The notes beneath the pieces are model-generated. The model saw only the letters and a list, made by a program, of their open reading frames with translations, searched no databases and was not told the DNA's origin. This document shows, piece by piece, positions 9,312-20,100 of a stretch of 64,000 bases of DNA. The stretch is from Gammaproteobacteria bacterium (lineage in GTDB: Bacteria > Pseudomonadota > Gammaproteobacteria > HK1), in assembly GCA_021773635.1 (NCBI GenBank), contig JAJFJV010000005.1, forward strand, positions 7,645-71,644. The letters run 5' to 3'. Within the stretch, counting starts at the first letter, position 1, and every line of letters starts with the position of its first letter. The position numbers were made by a program, and so were the translations under genes.

Positions 9312-9974
9312 CTAAAAACGCCGGCCTACGCCAACTCCAAAGATCCAGGGGTTGATATCTACACTGACGCTGGAGCCATTCGAGAATTTTAGCTTGGTAT
9401 CCATATCCACATATTTGACATCAAGGTTGATGAACCAGTCATCGTTGACCCCGATATCCACGCCGACCTGGCCCGCCAATCCCAGGGAGGAACTACCCGT
9501 TAGCTTGGTTCCAGCCAGTGCCCCGGCAGATTTTTCGTTGAACATCAGGGTGTAGTTGGCGCCTATGCCGGCATAGGGACGAATTTTGCCGTTGGGCGAA
9601 AAGTGATACTGAAGGGTCAGCACCGGGGGCAGGGTGCGCGCCGATCCGACTTTGCCCACGCCTGCAAGCGTGCCATTGCCTTTTACATCATGTTTGGAAC
9701 TGGCCAGGATCAGCTCAGCACCGAAATTGGGGGAGATCATGTAGGTGAAATCAATTTCCGGAACAGTATCGGAGTCCACAGTCACACTACTTCCAGCCAC
9801 CGGGGCACCCGCCAAAGTAACGATCCCGCTGGATTCATCCGGATTGACGTTGATGCCGCGCACTCGCACCAGAATATCGCCCGCCTCGTAGGCCTGGACG
9901 GCAAAACTGCTGAACAACAGGCCAATAGTGGCCAATACACATCCACGCACTACCTTGGAACCAAACAAAAACAT
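9312..9974 (-). CDS. ompW: OmpW-family outer-membrane protein
   Basis: The 220-aa ORF has a signal peptide ending FAVQA/YEAGD, then GDILVRVRGINVNPDESS, and YVDMDT...PWIFGVGVGRRF at the C-terminus. Confidence 0.85.
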   Translation of the reverse strand: MFLFGSKVVRGCVLATIGLLFSSFAVQAYEAGDILVRVRGINVNPDESSGIVTLAGAPVAGSSVTVDSDTVPEIDFTYMISPNFGAELILASSKHDVKGNGTLAGVGKVGSARTLPPVLTLQYHFSPNGKIRPYAGIGANYTLMFNEKSAGALAGTKLTGSSSLGLAGQVGVDIGVNDDWFINLDVKYVDMDTKLKFSNGSSVSVDINPWIFGVGVGRRF

Positions 9975-10263
9975 GATCGTACTCCCTAAGATTTATTCAA
10001 TATTGATCGTCACACGAAGCCCCGGTCAATACACGCATAATCTATACACATATAAATTGAGCGGGTATTAACGCAGCGGCAATGTCTCACGAGACGGGCA
10101 GGGAGGGAAATTGTTTTATTGAATGCTCTCTATAGTCGCTAAAAATGATAAAAAGACTATATGTTATAGGGGGCTGGCGCTGTCGAGCCTGAAATAAGCT
10201 CGCGCTACGGTGTCTGCGCAAGCCATACACCGACGGTTACCGCAGAAGGTTGAGGCGCACGTT

Positions 10264-11589
10264 TTATCGTGCGAGGGACGTATCCAGGGCAGTGCCCAGC
10301 TTTTCGACGATCTCACCAAGATGCGTCTCGTCGATGATAAATGGGGGTGCCAGCAGGATGTGATCGCCATATTGCCCATCAATGGTGCCACCCATTGGGT
10401 AAATCATCAGTCCTTGTGCGAGCGCCGCTTTTTTTACCGCTCGATGGAATCCAAGGGCCGGATCAAAAGGCTCCCTGGTTTCGCGGTTAGCCACCAGTTC
10501 CAGGCCGATAAACAGCCCGCGGCCGCGAATGTCGCCGACATGGGTGTGGGTGTCAAAGCGTTCATGCAAAGCATCCGTGAGTTGCCGGCCCCGTAGCCGT
10601 ACCTGCTCCAGTAAGCTTTCCTGCTCAATGGTTCCCAGCACCGCCAGGGAGGCGGCACAGGCGGTGGCGTGGCCCATGTAGGTATGGCCATGCTGAAAGA
10701 AGCCGCTGCCGTCCCTCACCGTGGCGTAGATTTCATCGCTTGCCAGCAGAGCGCCAATGGGTTGGTAGCCAGCACCCAGGCCCTTGGCGATGGTGATGAG
10801 ATCGGGAACAACATTTTCTTGCTCGCAGGCGAACAGGCTGCCGGTACGCCCCATGCCGCACATCACCTCATCCAGTATCAGCAGGATGCCGTGATGATCG
10901 CAGATCTCGTGGATGCGTTTGAAATAGCCAGGCACCGGGGGAACCGCGCCAGCGGTGGCACCCACCACGGTTTCGGCGATAAAGCCGATGACATTTTCGG
11001 CTCCAAGGGCCTCAATTTTTGCTTCCAGCTCGTTGGCTACGCGTAGCCCGTAGGCGGTTTTGCTTTCATCCGTGCGCTGGTCCCGATAGGCGTAGCAGGG
11101 TGCGATGTGGTGACTTTCAACCAGCAGTGGTTGAAAGGCCTCGCGCCGCCAGGCGTTGCCGCCAACGGCCAGGGCTCCCAGGGTATTGCCATGGTAACTC
11201 TGGCGACGGGCGATAAAGTGGCGTCGCTGTGGCTCACCGCGCTCGAGAAAATACTGGCGCGCCAGCTTGAGGGCGGCCTCCACCGCTTCGGAGCCCCCGG
11301 TGACGAGATAGCTGCGCTCGATGCCCGGTGGGGCCATGGCAGCGAGTTTATCCCCGAGTGCTTCGGCGGCTTCGGTGGTGAAAAAAGAGGAATGCACGTA
11401 GGCCAGACTTTCCACTTGTTTATGTATAGCCTCAAGCACCGCGGGATGGCCATAACCCAGACAGCAGACGGCAGCGCCACCACAGGCATCAAGGTAGCGC
11501 TTTCCACTTTGGTCAAAGACGTAGGGACCTTCACCCCCGATGGCTACGGGCAGGGTGGCATGGCAGTGGCGATGGAAGAGGTGGCTCAT
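10264..11589 (-). CDS. class III (omega-type) PLP-dependent aminotransferase
   Basis: Motifs seen: GGEGPYVFDQSGKRYLDACGGAAVCCLGYGHP, LILDEVMCGMGRTG, ITIAKGLGAGYQPIG (PLP lysine context). The ATG at 11589 is chosen; the 72 upstream codons in the track ORF look non-coding. Confidence 0.85.
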   Translation of the reverse strand: MSHLFHRHCHATLPVAIGGEGPYVFDQSGKRYLDACGGAAVCCLGYGHPAVLEAIHKQVESLAYVHSSFFTTEAAEALGDKLAAMAPPGIERSYLVTGGSEAVEAALKLARQYFLERGEPQRRHFIARRQSYHGNTLGALAVGGNAWRREAFQPLLVESHHIAPCYAYRDQRTDESKTAYGLRVANELEAKIEALGAENVIGFIAETVVGATAGAVPPVPGYFKRIHEICDHHGILLILDEVMCGMGRTGSLFACEQENVVPDLITIAKGLGAGYQPIGALLASDEIYATVRDGSGFFQHGHTYMGHATACAASLAVLGTIEQESLLEQVRLRGRQLTDALHERFDTHTHVGDIRGRGLFIGLELVANRETREPFDPALGFHRAVKKAALAQGLMIYPMGGTIDGQYGDHILLAPPFIIDETHLGEIVEKLGTALDTSLAR

Positions 11590-11708
11590 GGGGGCGGTTT
11601 GGTCACGATGGGAAAGGTGGTCGCACGTAGGGCAGCCCATGGCTGCCTTTCTGCCTACCCCGTACCAATGATTGCAGCAAGGAGGCCCAGCGGCGGCCAT
11701 GGGCCGCC

Positions 11709-12164
11709 CTACATGGCTTTGTTGCGCTCCTCGCAATGCCTCAGCACCAGTACCGAGCAGCGGGCATGGCGAACCACTTTTGATGTCGTTGTTCCCAACA
11801 GCCATTTCTCCATAGAGGGGTGGTCCTGTCCGGGGATAATGATCAGATCCACCTCATGTTCCCGGGATTCGGCGAGGATCTCCTCGTAGGCCGTACCCTG
11901 ACGTAGCACCGGTACCACTGGCAGTCCTTCCGGGATGTGTTCCTGTATATAGTTTTTGAGCTGTACCTTGGCTGCAGCATGGGCCTTCTTTTCTGCATCT
12001 TTGGGAAAATAACTTGCCACCAGTGGCATGTTGAATCCCGGTAGTACGTAGACGAGGTAGAGGGTGGCGCCCCACTTGCGTACTTCTTCCACCACTTCGT
12101 CCAGGGCCTCGTGGCAGAGGCCGCCTTCAGGTACGTCGATGGGATAGAGAACTTTGTTGAACAT
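11709..12164 (-). CDS. universal stress protein (UspA family)
   Basis: The 151-aa ORF starts MFNKVLYPIDV and has DLIIIPG...LLGTTTSKVVRHARCSVLVLR at the C-terminus. Confidence 0.8.
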   Translation of the reverse strand: MFNKVLYPIDVPEGGLCHEALDEVVEEVRKWGATLYLVYVLPGFNMPLVASYFPKDAEKKAHAAAKVQLKNYIQEHIPEGLPVVPVLRQGTAYEEILAESREHEVDLIIIPGQDHPSMEKWLLGTTTSKVVRHARCSVLVLRHCEERNKAM

Positions 12165-12187
12165 GGCGTATTCCCTTTAGTTAGCTG

Positions 12188-14773
12188 TCAGGCACTGGCA
12201 ACTTGTTTGCGGCGTCTTCCGAGTTGCACAGCCCCAACGCCAGCAAGGAGTAGTAGGGTGGGGATGAACAATAGCTGTTTGGGCAGGCGATCGATGCTTT
12301 TCTCGACACTCTGAATTTCCCAGTCAAAGTCGAGTCCGGCCTTTTCTGCGGCGCTACCAAACACCAGGTTATCCACAAATATCCGACCGCTCTCCGTGCG
12401 CGTTTCCAGTCCTGCCTGAGCAAGCCGCTCCTTGCCGCTGGTGCCCGGTTGCAGGCTCAGGAGCACCGTTTTCCTCACCTTGTCTCCATCCAGGGTCTCC
12501 CCCTCGGCCACCATGCGTAACGGAAGTCCGTCGGGCAGTTGCCTGGCGACTTCCTCTATCTGTGTTGCTGCCACCGATTCCATGGGCGGATAGACCTTGT
12601 CCCACCAGAAGCCGGGTCGAAACAGGGTGAAGGCAATGAGCAGCAGGGCAAGGGTTTCCCACCAGCGGCTGCGCACCAGCCAGTAGCCTTGGGTGGCGGC
12701 GGCAAAGATGAGCATGGCGGTGATTGCACTGAGAATGGTGACCAACAGCTCGAACCAGTTGCCAATACCCATGAGCAGTAACTGGGTGTTGAAGATGAAC
12801 AGGAAGGGCAGGATGGCGGTACGGATATCGTAGGTAAATCCCTGGATGCCGGTACGAATCGGATCGCTCTGGGCAATGGCCGCTGCGGCAAAAGCGGCCA
12901 GACCTACGGGCGGCGTATCATCGGCGAGGATACCGAAGTAGAACACGAACAGATGCACCGCGAGGAGGGGAACGATGAGTCCGCTTTGGGCACCGAGGGT
13001 GACGATCACCGGGGCCATCAGGGTGGACACCACGATGTAGTTGGCGGTAGTGGGCAATCCCATGCCAAGAATCAGGCTGATGATGGCAGTGAAGCCGAGC
13101 ATCAGCATGATGTTGCCGCCAGAAATGAATTCGACAAACTCGGTCATTACCAGGCCGATGCCAGTGAGGGTGACGGTACCCACGACGATACCGGCAGCCG
13201 CCGTGGCCACACCGATGCCAATCATATTGCGCGCGCCGGCAACCAGACCATCAAACAGATCCTGCCCACCCTGGCGGGCGGCATTGGACAGCGCTCCCTG
13301 AGCCCGGAAGTAGGCAAGCAGGGGACGCTGGGTGAGGAGGATAAAGATCATGAATACCGTGGCCCAGAAGGCGGAGAGGCCGGGGGAAAAGCGCTCCACG
13401 GTCAGGCACCACACCAGGATCACCACCGGTAGCAGGAAATACAGCCCGGACTTGATTGTAGGCCCGACCTCAGGCAGTTCGAGGACCGCTGAGTTGGGGT
13501 CGTCCATCTCCAGCTCTGGATAGCGGGCGGCGTACCAAAGCAGTCCCACGTAGGAGATCAGAACGCCGATACCGACTATCCAGACAGCCGCCGCACCAAA
13601 GACTCCCTTCATCCAGCCGATGCCGTAGTAGACCAGAGCGGTGACGATGGCTATACCGATAAAGGTAGTGCTATAGGCAAACAGGCTTTGGGCCATGGTG
13701 CGTTCGTGGCGCCTTGGCAGGCCCTGCATATTGGCCTTCAGGGCTTCCAGATGGACTATATAGACCAGCGCAATATAGGAAATGAGCGCCGGCAGAATGG
13801 CTGCCTTAATCACCTCCACGTACGAGACCCCCACGTATTCCACCATCAGGAAGGCCGCGGCCCCCATAATGGGCGGGGTGAGCTGGCCATTGGTGGAGGC
13901 GGCCACCTCTACTGCGCCGGCCTTGGTGCCGGGAAAGCCCACCCGCTTCATCAGCGGAATGGTGAAGGTGCCGGTGGTAACCACGTTGGCGATGGAGGAG
14001 CCGGAGATCAGGCCGCTCATACCCGAGGACACCACCGCCGCTTTGGCAGGCCCACCGCGCATGTGGCCGAGCAGTGAAAAGGCAACCTTGATGAAATAGT
14101 TACCGGCGCCGGCTTTATCGAGTAGCGAGCCAAAGAGCACGAACAGAAAGACGAAGCTGGTAGACACCCCGAGGGCAACGCCGAAGACGCCTTCGGTGCC
14201 CAGCCATTGGTGAGACATGGTTTTGGAGAGGCTGGCACCCTTGTGAGCGATCACATCCGGCATGTAGGGGCCGCCAAAGGTATAAATCAGGAACACGGCG
14301 CAGACCACCATCAGCGGTGGTCCAAGTGCCCGCCGGGTCGCCTCCAGCAGCAATACCATGCCGCACACCGCCACGACCAGATCGAAGGTGATGGGAGCTC
14401 CGGGACGCTCGGCGAGGGCAGCATAAGCGGTGTAGAGATAGGCAGCAGAAAATGAACCTACTAAGGCAAAGACCCAGTCTTGTATGGGGATGCGGTCGCG
14501 CGGGGAATTTTTCCATGCCGGGTAGGCGGTAAAGGCGAGAAAGATCGCGAAAGCCAGGTGTATGGCGCGGGCTTCCGTATCGTTGAGAATGGCGAAACGG
14601 AAGATAAAAGGCAGGGGTGAGGCGTACCAGAGCTGAAACAGGGACCAGAGCAGGGGTACACCGATTAGAATTTTTCCGGGGATTCCCGCCGGGCTGCGGG
14701 CGCCAGTGTCAGACTGGGCAATCATTTCCTCCAGCTCTTCGCGGGATGCTTGCGTGGCTTCGTTATTATTCAT
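12188..14773 (-). CDS. TRAP transporter fused permease (TAXI-type, 4TM+12TM fusion with C-terminal extension)
   Basis: The 861-aa protein is highly hydrophobic throughout. It has a C-terminal soluble segment plus a final TM (LFIPTLLLLAGVGAVQLGRRRK). It sits immediately downstream of two TAXI receptors. Confidence 0.85.
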   Translation of the reverse strand: MNNNEATQASREELEEMIAQSDTGARSPAGIPGKILIGVPLLWSLFQLWYASPLPFIFRFAILNDTEARAIHLAFAIFLAFTAYPAWKNSPRDRIPIQDWVFALVGSFSAAYLYTAYAALAERPGAPITFDLVVAVCGMVLLLEATRRALGPPLMVVCAVFLIYTFGGPYMPDVIAHKGASLSKTMSHQWLGTEGVFGVALGVSTSFVFLFVLFGSLLDKAGAGNYFIKVAFSLLGHMRGGPAKAAVVSSGMSGLISGSSIANVVTTGTFTIPLMKRVGFPGTKAGAVEVAASTNGQLTPPIMGAAAFLMVEYVGVSYVEVIKAAILPALISYIALVYIVHLEALKANMQGLPRRHERTMAQSLFAYSTTFIGIAIVTALVYYGIGWMKGVFGAAAVWIVGIGVLISYVGLLWYAARYPELEMDDPNSAVLELPEVGPTIKSGLYFLLPVVILVWCLTVERFSPGLSAFWATVFMIFILLTQRPLLAYFRAQGALSNAARQGGQDLFDGLVAGARNMIGIGVATAAAGIVVGTVTLTGIGLVMTEFVEFISGGNIMLMLGFTAIISLILGMGLPTTANYIVVSTLMAPVIVTLGAQSGLIVPLLAVHLFVFYFGILADDTPPVGLAAFAAAAIAQSDPIRTGIQGFTYDIRTAILPFLFIFNTQLLLMGIGNWFELLVTILSAITAMLIFAAATQGYWLVRSRWWETLALLLIAFTLFRPGFWWDKVYPPMESVAATQIEEVARQLPDGLPLRMVAEGETLDGDKVRKTVLLSLQPGTSGKERLAQAGLETRTESGRIFVDNLVFGSAAEKAGLDFDWEIQSVEKSIDRLPKQLLFIPTLLLLAGVGAVQLGRRRKQVASA

Positions 14774-14804
14774 CAGCGCTTAACTCCAGGATGTACGGGG
14801 GTGG

Positions 14805-15764
14805 CTAGCGGATGTGATGTTGCTGGAAATAGCGTTGGGCACCTGGGTGCAATGGTGCGCTCAGGGTATCTTTTGCCATGGTTTTGGCATCCAGTTGCCG
14901 GAAGGCGGGGTGCATTTTGCGCAGGCGATTCAGACTGGAGAAAGCGGCGGAGACCAGAGCTCCGGCTGTTTCTGCACCGATCTCCGATGAGGTGATCAGG
15001 GTTGCACGTGTTCCGAAGCTTTGGATCGACCGGGAAACAGGGCCGTAGGTGCCTTGCAAAATCTCCGTGGCCGTAAGCCAGGGGTGAGTTGCAAGCAGGC
15101 TGTCAATAGCGGGTCCGCTGACGTTGACCAGATGTGCATCGCAAAGCCTGAGCGTTTTCATTACCGCCCGATCGGAATGGGCCCGCAGATAAGCGGCCAC
15201 TTGAATTTTTTTGTGGCAGAGGGCGAGGGATTGCTGATTGGCCGGTAGCTCCTCGGCAAGTGAAAAATTCTTTTTGCTCCAGCTGCGAGCGGCCATCATC
15301 ATTTCCATGGTGGCGCGTTCCAGCGAACCGGGAGTGCCAATGTTTACCCGGCGGTCATTGAGATCATCGAGTTCAGTTATGCCTGTATTTCGGGTCGCCA
15401 CCAGGGTGAGACTGCTGGGGTGAGCAGAGAACAATGCGCGCAGATTGTCGTAGTTGCCATCGCTGTAGCGAAACGGGCCACTGTGTTGGCGTGCATGAAA
15501 CTGCCACTCGGACGAAACGATGGCGAATTCCAGCGCACCGTCTCGAACCGCGCCAAGGTTGAACAAGGGACCGGTGGTGGGTATTGCGCGACACTTCAGG
15601 TCGCTTTTTTGAAGATTGACCAACCGGCAGAGCGCACGACCGAGGGCGTGGTTGGTTCCGGTCGCGTGGCCCGTGCCAATAAGGATTTCCTCGGCTGCAG
15701 GGGCGGCAATCGAAACGGCAAATACCAGTGCCAGCGCAATGGCACGAAACAGGGGTATACACAT
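14805..15764 (-). CDS. TAXI-family TRAP solute receptor, divergent paralogue
   Basis: It aligns along its whole length with the upstream receptor (CRLVN, RVNIGTPGS, HPAFRQL, LSAPLHPGAQRYF). The Gly-rich N-terminal motif is altered (IGTGHATGTNHALGRA versus IGTGGVTGVYYPTGGS). Confidence 0.75.
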   Translation of the reverse strand: MCIPLFRAIALALVFAVSIAAPAAEEILIGTGHATGTNHALGRALCRLVNLQKSDLKCRAIPTTGPLFNLGAVRDGALEFAIVSSEWQFHARQHSGPFRYSDGNYDNLRALFSAHPSSLTLVATRNTGITELDDLNDRRVNIGTPGSLERATMEMMMAARSWSKKNFSLAEELPANQQSLALCHKKIQVAAYLRAHSDRAVMKTLRLCDAHLVNVSGPAIDSLLATHPWLTATEILQGTYGPVSRSIQSFGTRATLITSSEIGAETAGALVSAAFSSLNRLRKMHPAFRQLDAKTMAKDTLSAPLHPGAQRYFQQHHIR

Positions 15765-15869
15765 CGGTAATCACTCCTTGCTATCGCTTTTGCGGAAGGA
15801 GGGAATCAGTGGTCCGGGGGATAGTCGTGACGGACTTTCCCCCGGACCAGCTGTATACAGGCAGCGTGC

Positions 15870-16838
15870 CTACATCAAGCCTGCTTCACGGTAGTACTTG
15901 GCGGCACCGTCATGCAGTGGTGCAGACAAACCGTCCTTGATCATTTCTTTCTTGCTTAGATTGGCGAAGGCCGGATGGAGCTTGCGGAAGCTGTCAAAAT
16001 TCTCGAATACCCCCTTGACGATGTGATACACGGTATTGCTCGAGGTCTTGGTGGAGCTGACGAAGGTCGCACCGACACCAAAGGTTTTGACGTCGTTGGG
16101 AGAACCCCGATACATACCGCCCGGGATCACCGCCGAGCGATAGTAGTCATTATCGCCTACCAGCTTGTCGATGGCCGCACCGCTAACCTCGACCATGACA
16201 CTGTCGCAGGAAGTGGTGGCTTCCTTGATGGAGCCACTGGGATGGCCGACGGTAAAGACCATTGCGTCGATCTTGTTGTCACACAGGGCCTTGGATTGCT
16301 CGGCAGATTTCAGCTCCGAGGCAAGTGCGAAGGTGGATTTGCTCCAGCCCAGCGCCTTCATGACCACTTCCATGGTACCGCGCTGACCGGAACCCGGATT
16401 ACCGATATTGACTCGCTTGCCCTTGAGATCCATGAAGTTCTTGATCCCGGAGTCAGCGCGTGCGACGACGGTGAAGGGTTCGGGGTGGACGGAAAATACT
16501 GCTCGCAGGCCTTTGAAAGCGCCCTTGTCCTTGAACTTGCTGGTGCCGTGGTAGGCGTGATATTGCCAGTCGGACTGGGCGACGCCCATATCGAGTTCAC
16601 CGGCCCGGATGGTGTTGAGATTGTAGACGGAGCCGCCGGTGCTCTCCACGGTACAGCGCACCCCGTGTGCCTTGCGGCCCTTGTTTACCAGTCGGCAGAT
16701 GGAGCCACCGGTGGGATAGTAGACACCGGTTACGCCACCGGTACCAATGGTGACAAAGGTTTGCCCCGCCAGTGCCGCCGGCACGCCGACGAGCATGCCC
16801 AGTAATACGGTCGCGAAAGTCTTCATAATGGTTTTCAT
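15870..16838 (-). CDS. TAXI-family TRAP solute receptor
   Basis: The ATG at 16838 has GGAGAG upstream. The signal peptide is MKTIMKTFATVLLGMLVGVPAALA. Family motifs present: TIGTGGVTGVYYPTGGSICRLVN, RVNIGNPGSGQRGT, LSAPLHDGAAKYYREAG. Confidence 0.85.
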   Translation of the reverse strand: MKTIMKTFATVLLGMLVGVPAALAGQTFVTIGTGGVTGVYYPTGGSICRLVNKGRKAHGVRCTVESTGGSVYNLNTIRAGELDMGVAQSDWQYHAYHGTSKFKDKGAFKGLRAVFSVHPEPFTVVARADSGIKNFMDLKGKRVNIGNPGSGQRGTMEVVMKALGWSKSTFALASELKSAEQSKALCDNKIDAMVFTVGHPSGSIKEATTSCDSVMVEVSGAAIDKLVGDNDYYRSAVIPGGMYRGSPNDVKTFGVGATFVSSTKTSSNTVYHIVKGVFENFDSFRKLHPAFANLSKKEMIKDGLSAPLHDGAAKYYREAGLM

Positions 16839-17011
16839 CGTACCCTCTCCTTCCTTAGCAATTTGGATTTTTTTGTCAGACGGAAACACCACTTTTATTT
16901 TTCGGGAAATATGTACAGAAACGTAATGGACTGAGGGCGGGATGTGGCCAACAACAGGCGATCCCGTCTCCAGCGCCTCCTTTTTCGGAGTACACAGATT
17001 TCACTCCGCAC

Positions 17012-17081
17012 CTCTATACATAGAGCATCGGACCATGGTTTACAAATCGGGTTCCTTGTTTGAAAGGCCGGATCTATAGAT
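17012..17081. promoter_or_regulatory. two AT-rich palindromes in the divergent TRAP/gdhB control region
   Basis: CTCTAT-ac-ATAGAG lies at 17012-17025 and ATCTATAGAT at 17072-17081, inside the 317-bp region between the 16838 and 17156 starts. Confidence 0.25.
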
Positions 17082-17155
17082 AGATTTCATCTGGGTGTTG
17101 TCCCGGGTGGCTGCTACACTGCCTTGCAACGGGCCAAACTTCCGAGGAGACGACA

Positions 17156-20100
17156 ATGCCGACGGCAATGGATGAGCTGACTCTTGAACTGGTGGAAAAG
17201 GTCATCGCCATCGTGCGACGCAAGGTGCCCCGGGAGGAGGTTGGCAACGTCGAGCGCTTTATCCGCCAGTACTATCACGGCGTGGCAGGGGAGGATTTGG
17301 CAGAGCGCGACCCACAAAATCTCTACGGTACTGCGCTGGCGCACTGGAGCTTCGCGCGTAAGCGCAAGCCCGGTGAATCCCGTATCCAGGTTTACAACCC
17401 ACGACAGGAACAGCACGGCTGGATCTCTACCCACACCATCATTGAGACGGTCTGTGAAAACATGCCGTTTATCGTTGATTCCGTGCGCATGGGGCTCAAT
17501 CGTCTGGGTCTGACCAATCATCTGGTGATCCATCCGGTCATGTCCTTTCGCCGGGATAAATCCGGATTATTGCTGGAGGTGATGCCGGAGGGAGTCGAGG
17601 AAAAAGGCATTGTCACTGAGGCCTTGATGCATGTGGAGGTGGACCGCCAAACCGAGGCCAAGGTGCTTGGGGCTATCCAGACCGAGGTCGAGCGGGTATT
17701 CGCCGATGTGCGGGCGGCGGTGGAGGACTGGACTAAAGTCCGGGCACATATGCGCGAGGCGCTGACGGAGCTGGCCGATCATCCCCCACCCATAGATGCC
17801 AAGGAGCTGGCCGAGGCGCAGGCCTTTCTGGAATGGATGGAGGACAACCATTTCACCTTTCTTGGTTATCGGGAATACGAGTTGTTGGAGGAGAAGGGTG
17901 AGGATGTGTTGCGCTGGGGTCCGGGTCCCGGGCTCGGGGTGATGCGTGGTGGGGGCGTGGGTTCCATTTCCAAATCCTTTGCGGCGCTGCCTGCCGAGGT
18001 GCGCAAACTGGCCCGTAAGTCCGAGTTGTTGATCATCACCAAGGCCAACCACGAGTCCACGGTGCATCGCCCCGGTTTCATGGACTACGTGGGGGTCAAG
18101 CGTCTGGATAAAAAAGGTCGAGTGATTGGCGAGCGTCGTTTCGTCGGGCTCTATACCTCCAGTGCTTATCAAAGCCGTCCAGCGGATATCCCGCTGCTGC
18201 GCCACAAGGTGACTCAGGCGGTGGAGACTGCGGGCTTTCCGAGGAGCAGCCATACCGGCAAGGCCCTGATGCATATCCTCGATACCTTTCCCCGGGATGA
18301 GCTGTTCCATATTCCGGGGAATGAGTTATTGGAGACAGCACTGGGAATCCTGCATTTGCAGGAGCGCCAACGTATTCGGCTGTTTATCCACAAGGATCTC
18401 TACGGACGGTTCTTCTCGTGCATTATTTTCGTGCCCCGGGACCGCTTTAATACCGCTATCCGCAAGCGTATCCAGACGATCCTGGAGCAGTCATTAGAGG
18501 GCAAGAGTTACGATTTTTCCGTTCAGCTCACGGCCTCAGTGTTGGCGCGCCTGTATTTCATGATTCGCGTTCCTCAGGGCAGCATGCGGGAGTACGACGT
18601 CAAGCGCATTGAGGCACGCCTGGTTGAGGTGACCCGGGTGTGGAAGGATGATTTCCATGCAGCGGTACTCGAGCACTGTGGCGAAGAGCGAGGCACCCGT
18701 CTGTATCGTTGCTATGGTGATGCCTTTCGGGCCGATTACCAGGAAAGCTACAGCCCCCAGGTTGCCGTGTCCGACGTGGAGAAGATGGAGGCCCTGGGGG
18801 AGCATCGCGGGTTGTGCTGTATGAGCCTCTATCGTCCCATGGAAACCCTTGATGGGATGTTGCGTTTCAAACTCTTTCAGGCAGGCCAGCCGATTCCACT
18901 GTCCGATGCCCTGCCGATGCTTGAGCACATGGGTTTGAGGGTCATGGAGGAACATCCCAGCATCGTCAAACCGCTTGAGGGAGCGGCCATCTGGATACAT
19001 GACTTCGTGATGGAATACTGCGGTCATAACGAGCTGGAGCTTGAGCGGGTGCGGGAACCGTTTCAAGCCGGTTTCGAGCGTATCTGGCATGGGGAGGTGG
19101 AAAGCGACGGTCTTAATCGTCTTATTCTCGGGGGTGGGCTGAGTTGGCGCGAGGTCGTTCTGCTGCGGGCCTATTGCAAGTATTTGCGCCAGATCGGCGT
19201 GACCTTTAGTCAGACCTACATAGAACAGGCACTTTCAGCCAATGGCGCCATTACCGCTTTACTGGTACGCCTGTTCCACGTGCGTTTTGATCCGGATGCG
19301 CGCGATGGTGCGGCCCATGCCTCGGCCCAAGTCGGGGTCGAGATCGAGGAAGCCCTGGATCGAGTGTCGAACCTCGATGAAGACAGAATCCTGCGTTGTT
19401 TTCTCGGCGCTATTCGCGCCACCCTGCGTACCGATTACTATCAGCTGACGGAGGCCGGTGAGCCGCGGCCCTCCCTGTCCTTCAAGTTTAATCCGGCACT
19501 GGTTCCCCAGTTGCCGGAGCCAAAACCGCAGTACGAGATTTTCGTGTACTCGCCACGCGTGGAGGGGGTGCATCTGCGTGGCGGCAAGATCGCTCGTGGC
19601 GGTATTCGCTGGTCCGACCGGCGCGAGGATTTTCGCACCGAGGTGCTGGGCCTGGTAAAGGCCCAGATGGTAAAAAATGCGGTTATTGTCCCGGTGGGTG
19701 CCAAGGGAGGCTTTGTGCCCAAGGCCATGCCCGCGGGTGCTGACCGCGAGGCGACTATGGAAGAGGGCATCGCCTGTTATCAGCTGTTTATCCGCGGTTT
19801 ACTGGCGGTTACCGACAACATCGTGGACGGCGAGGTGGTGCCCCCGGCACGCACCATTCGTTATGACGAAGATGACCCTTACCTGGTAGTGGCGGCGGAC
19901 AAGGGCACGGCCAGCTTTTCCGACATTGCCAACAGCATTTCCCTGGAACAGGGCTTCTGGCTGGGCGATGCCTTTGCCTCGGGTGGGTCGGTGGGATACG
20001 ACCACAAGGGCATGGGGATCACGGCTCGCGGGGCCTGGGAGTCGGTGAAACGCCACTTCCGTGAAATCGACGTGGACACCCAGAGCACTGACTTCAATGT

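Noticed and set aside
11590-11805. A 72-codon N-terminal extension of the aminotransferase appears in the ORF track. Similar extensions occur on djlA, the EF-hand lipoprotein, dapA, iscR, ndk, holC, apbC, metG, ubiE, DUF1841, the ferredoxin and the kinase.
   Set aside because: Homologous proteins start at the internal Met, which is often preceded by a GGAG-type ribosome-binding site. The extensions are compositionally odd and sometimes overlap the neighbouring gene.
17108-17128. TGGCTGCTACACTGCCTTGCA upstream of gdhB was considered as a sigma-54 (-24/-12) promoter.
   Set aside because: The GG-to-GC spacing is 17 nt instead of the required 12, so it does not fit TGGCAC-N5-TTGC.
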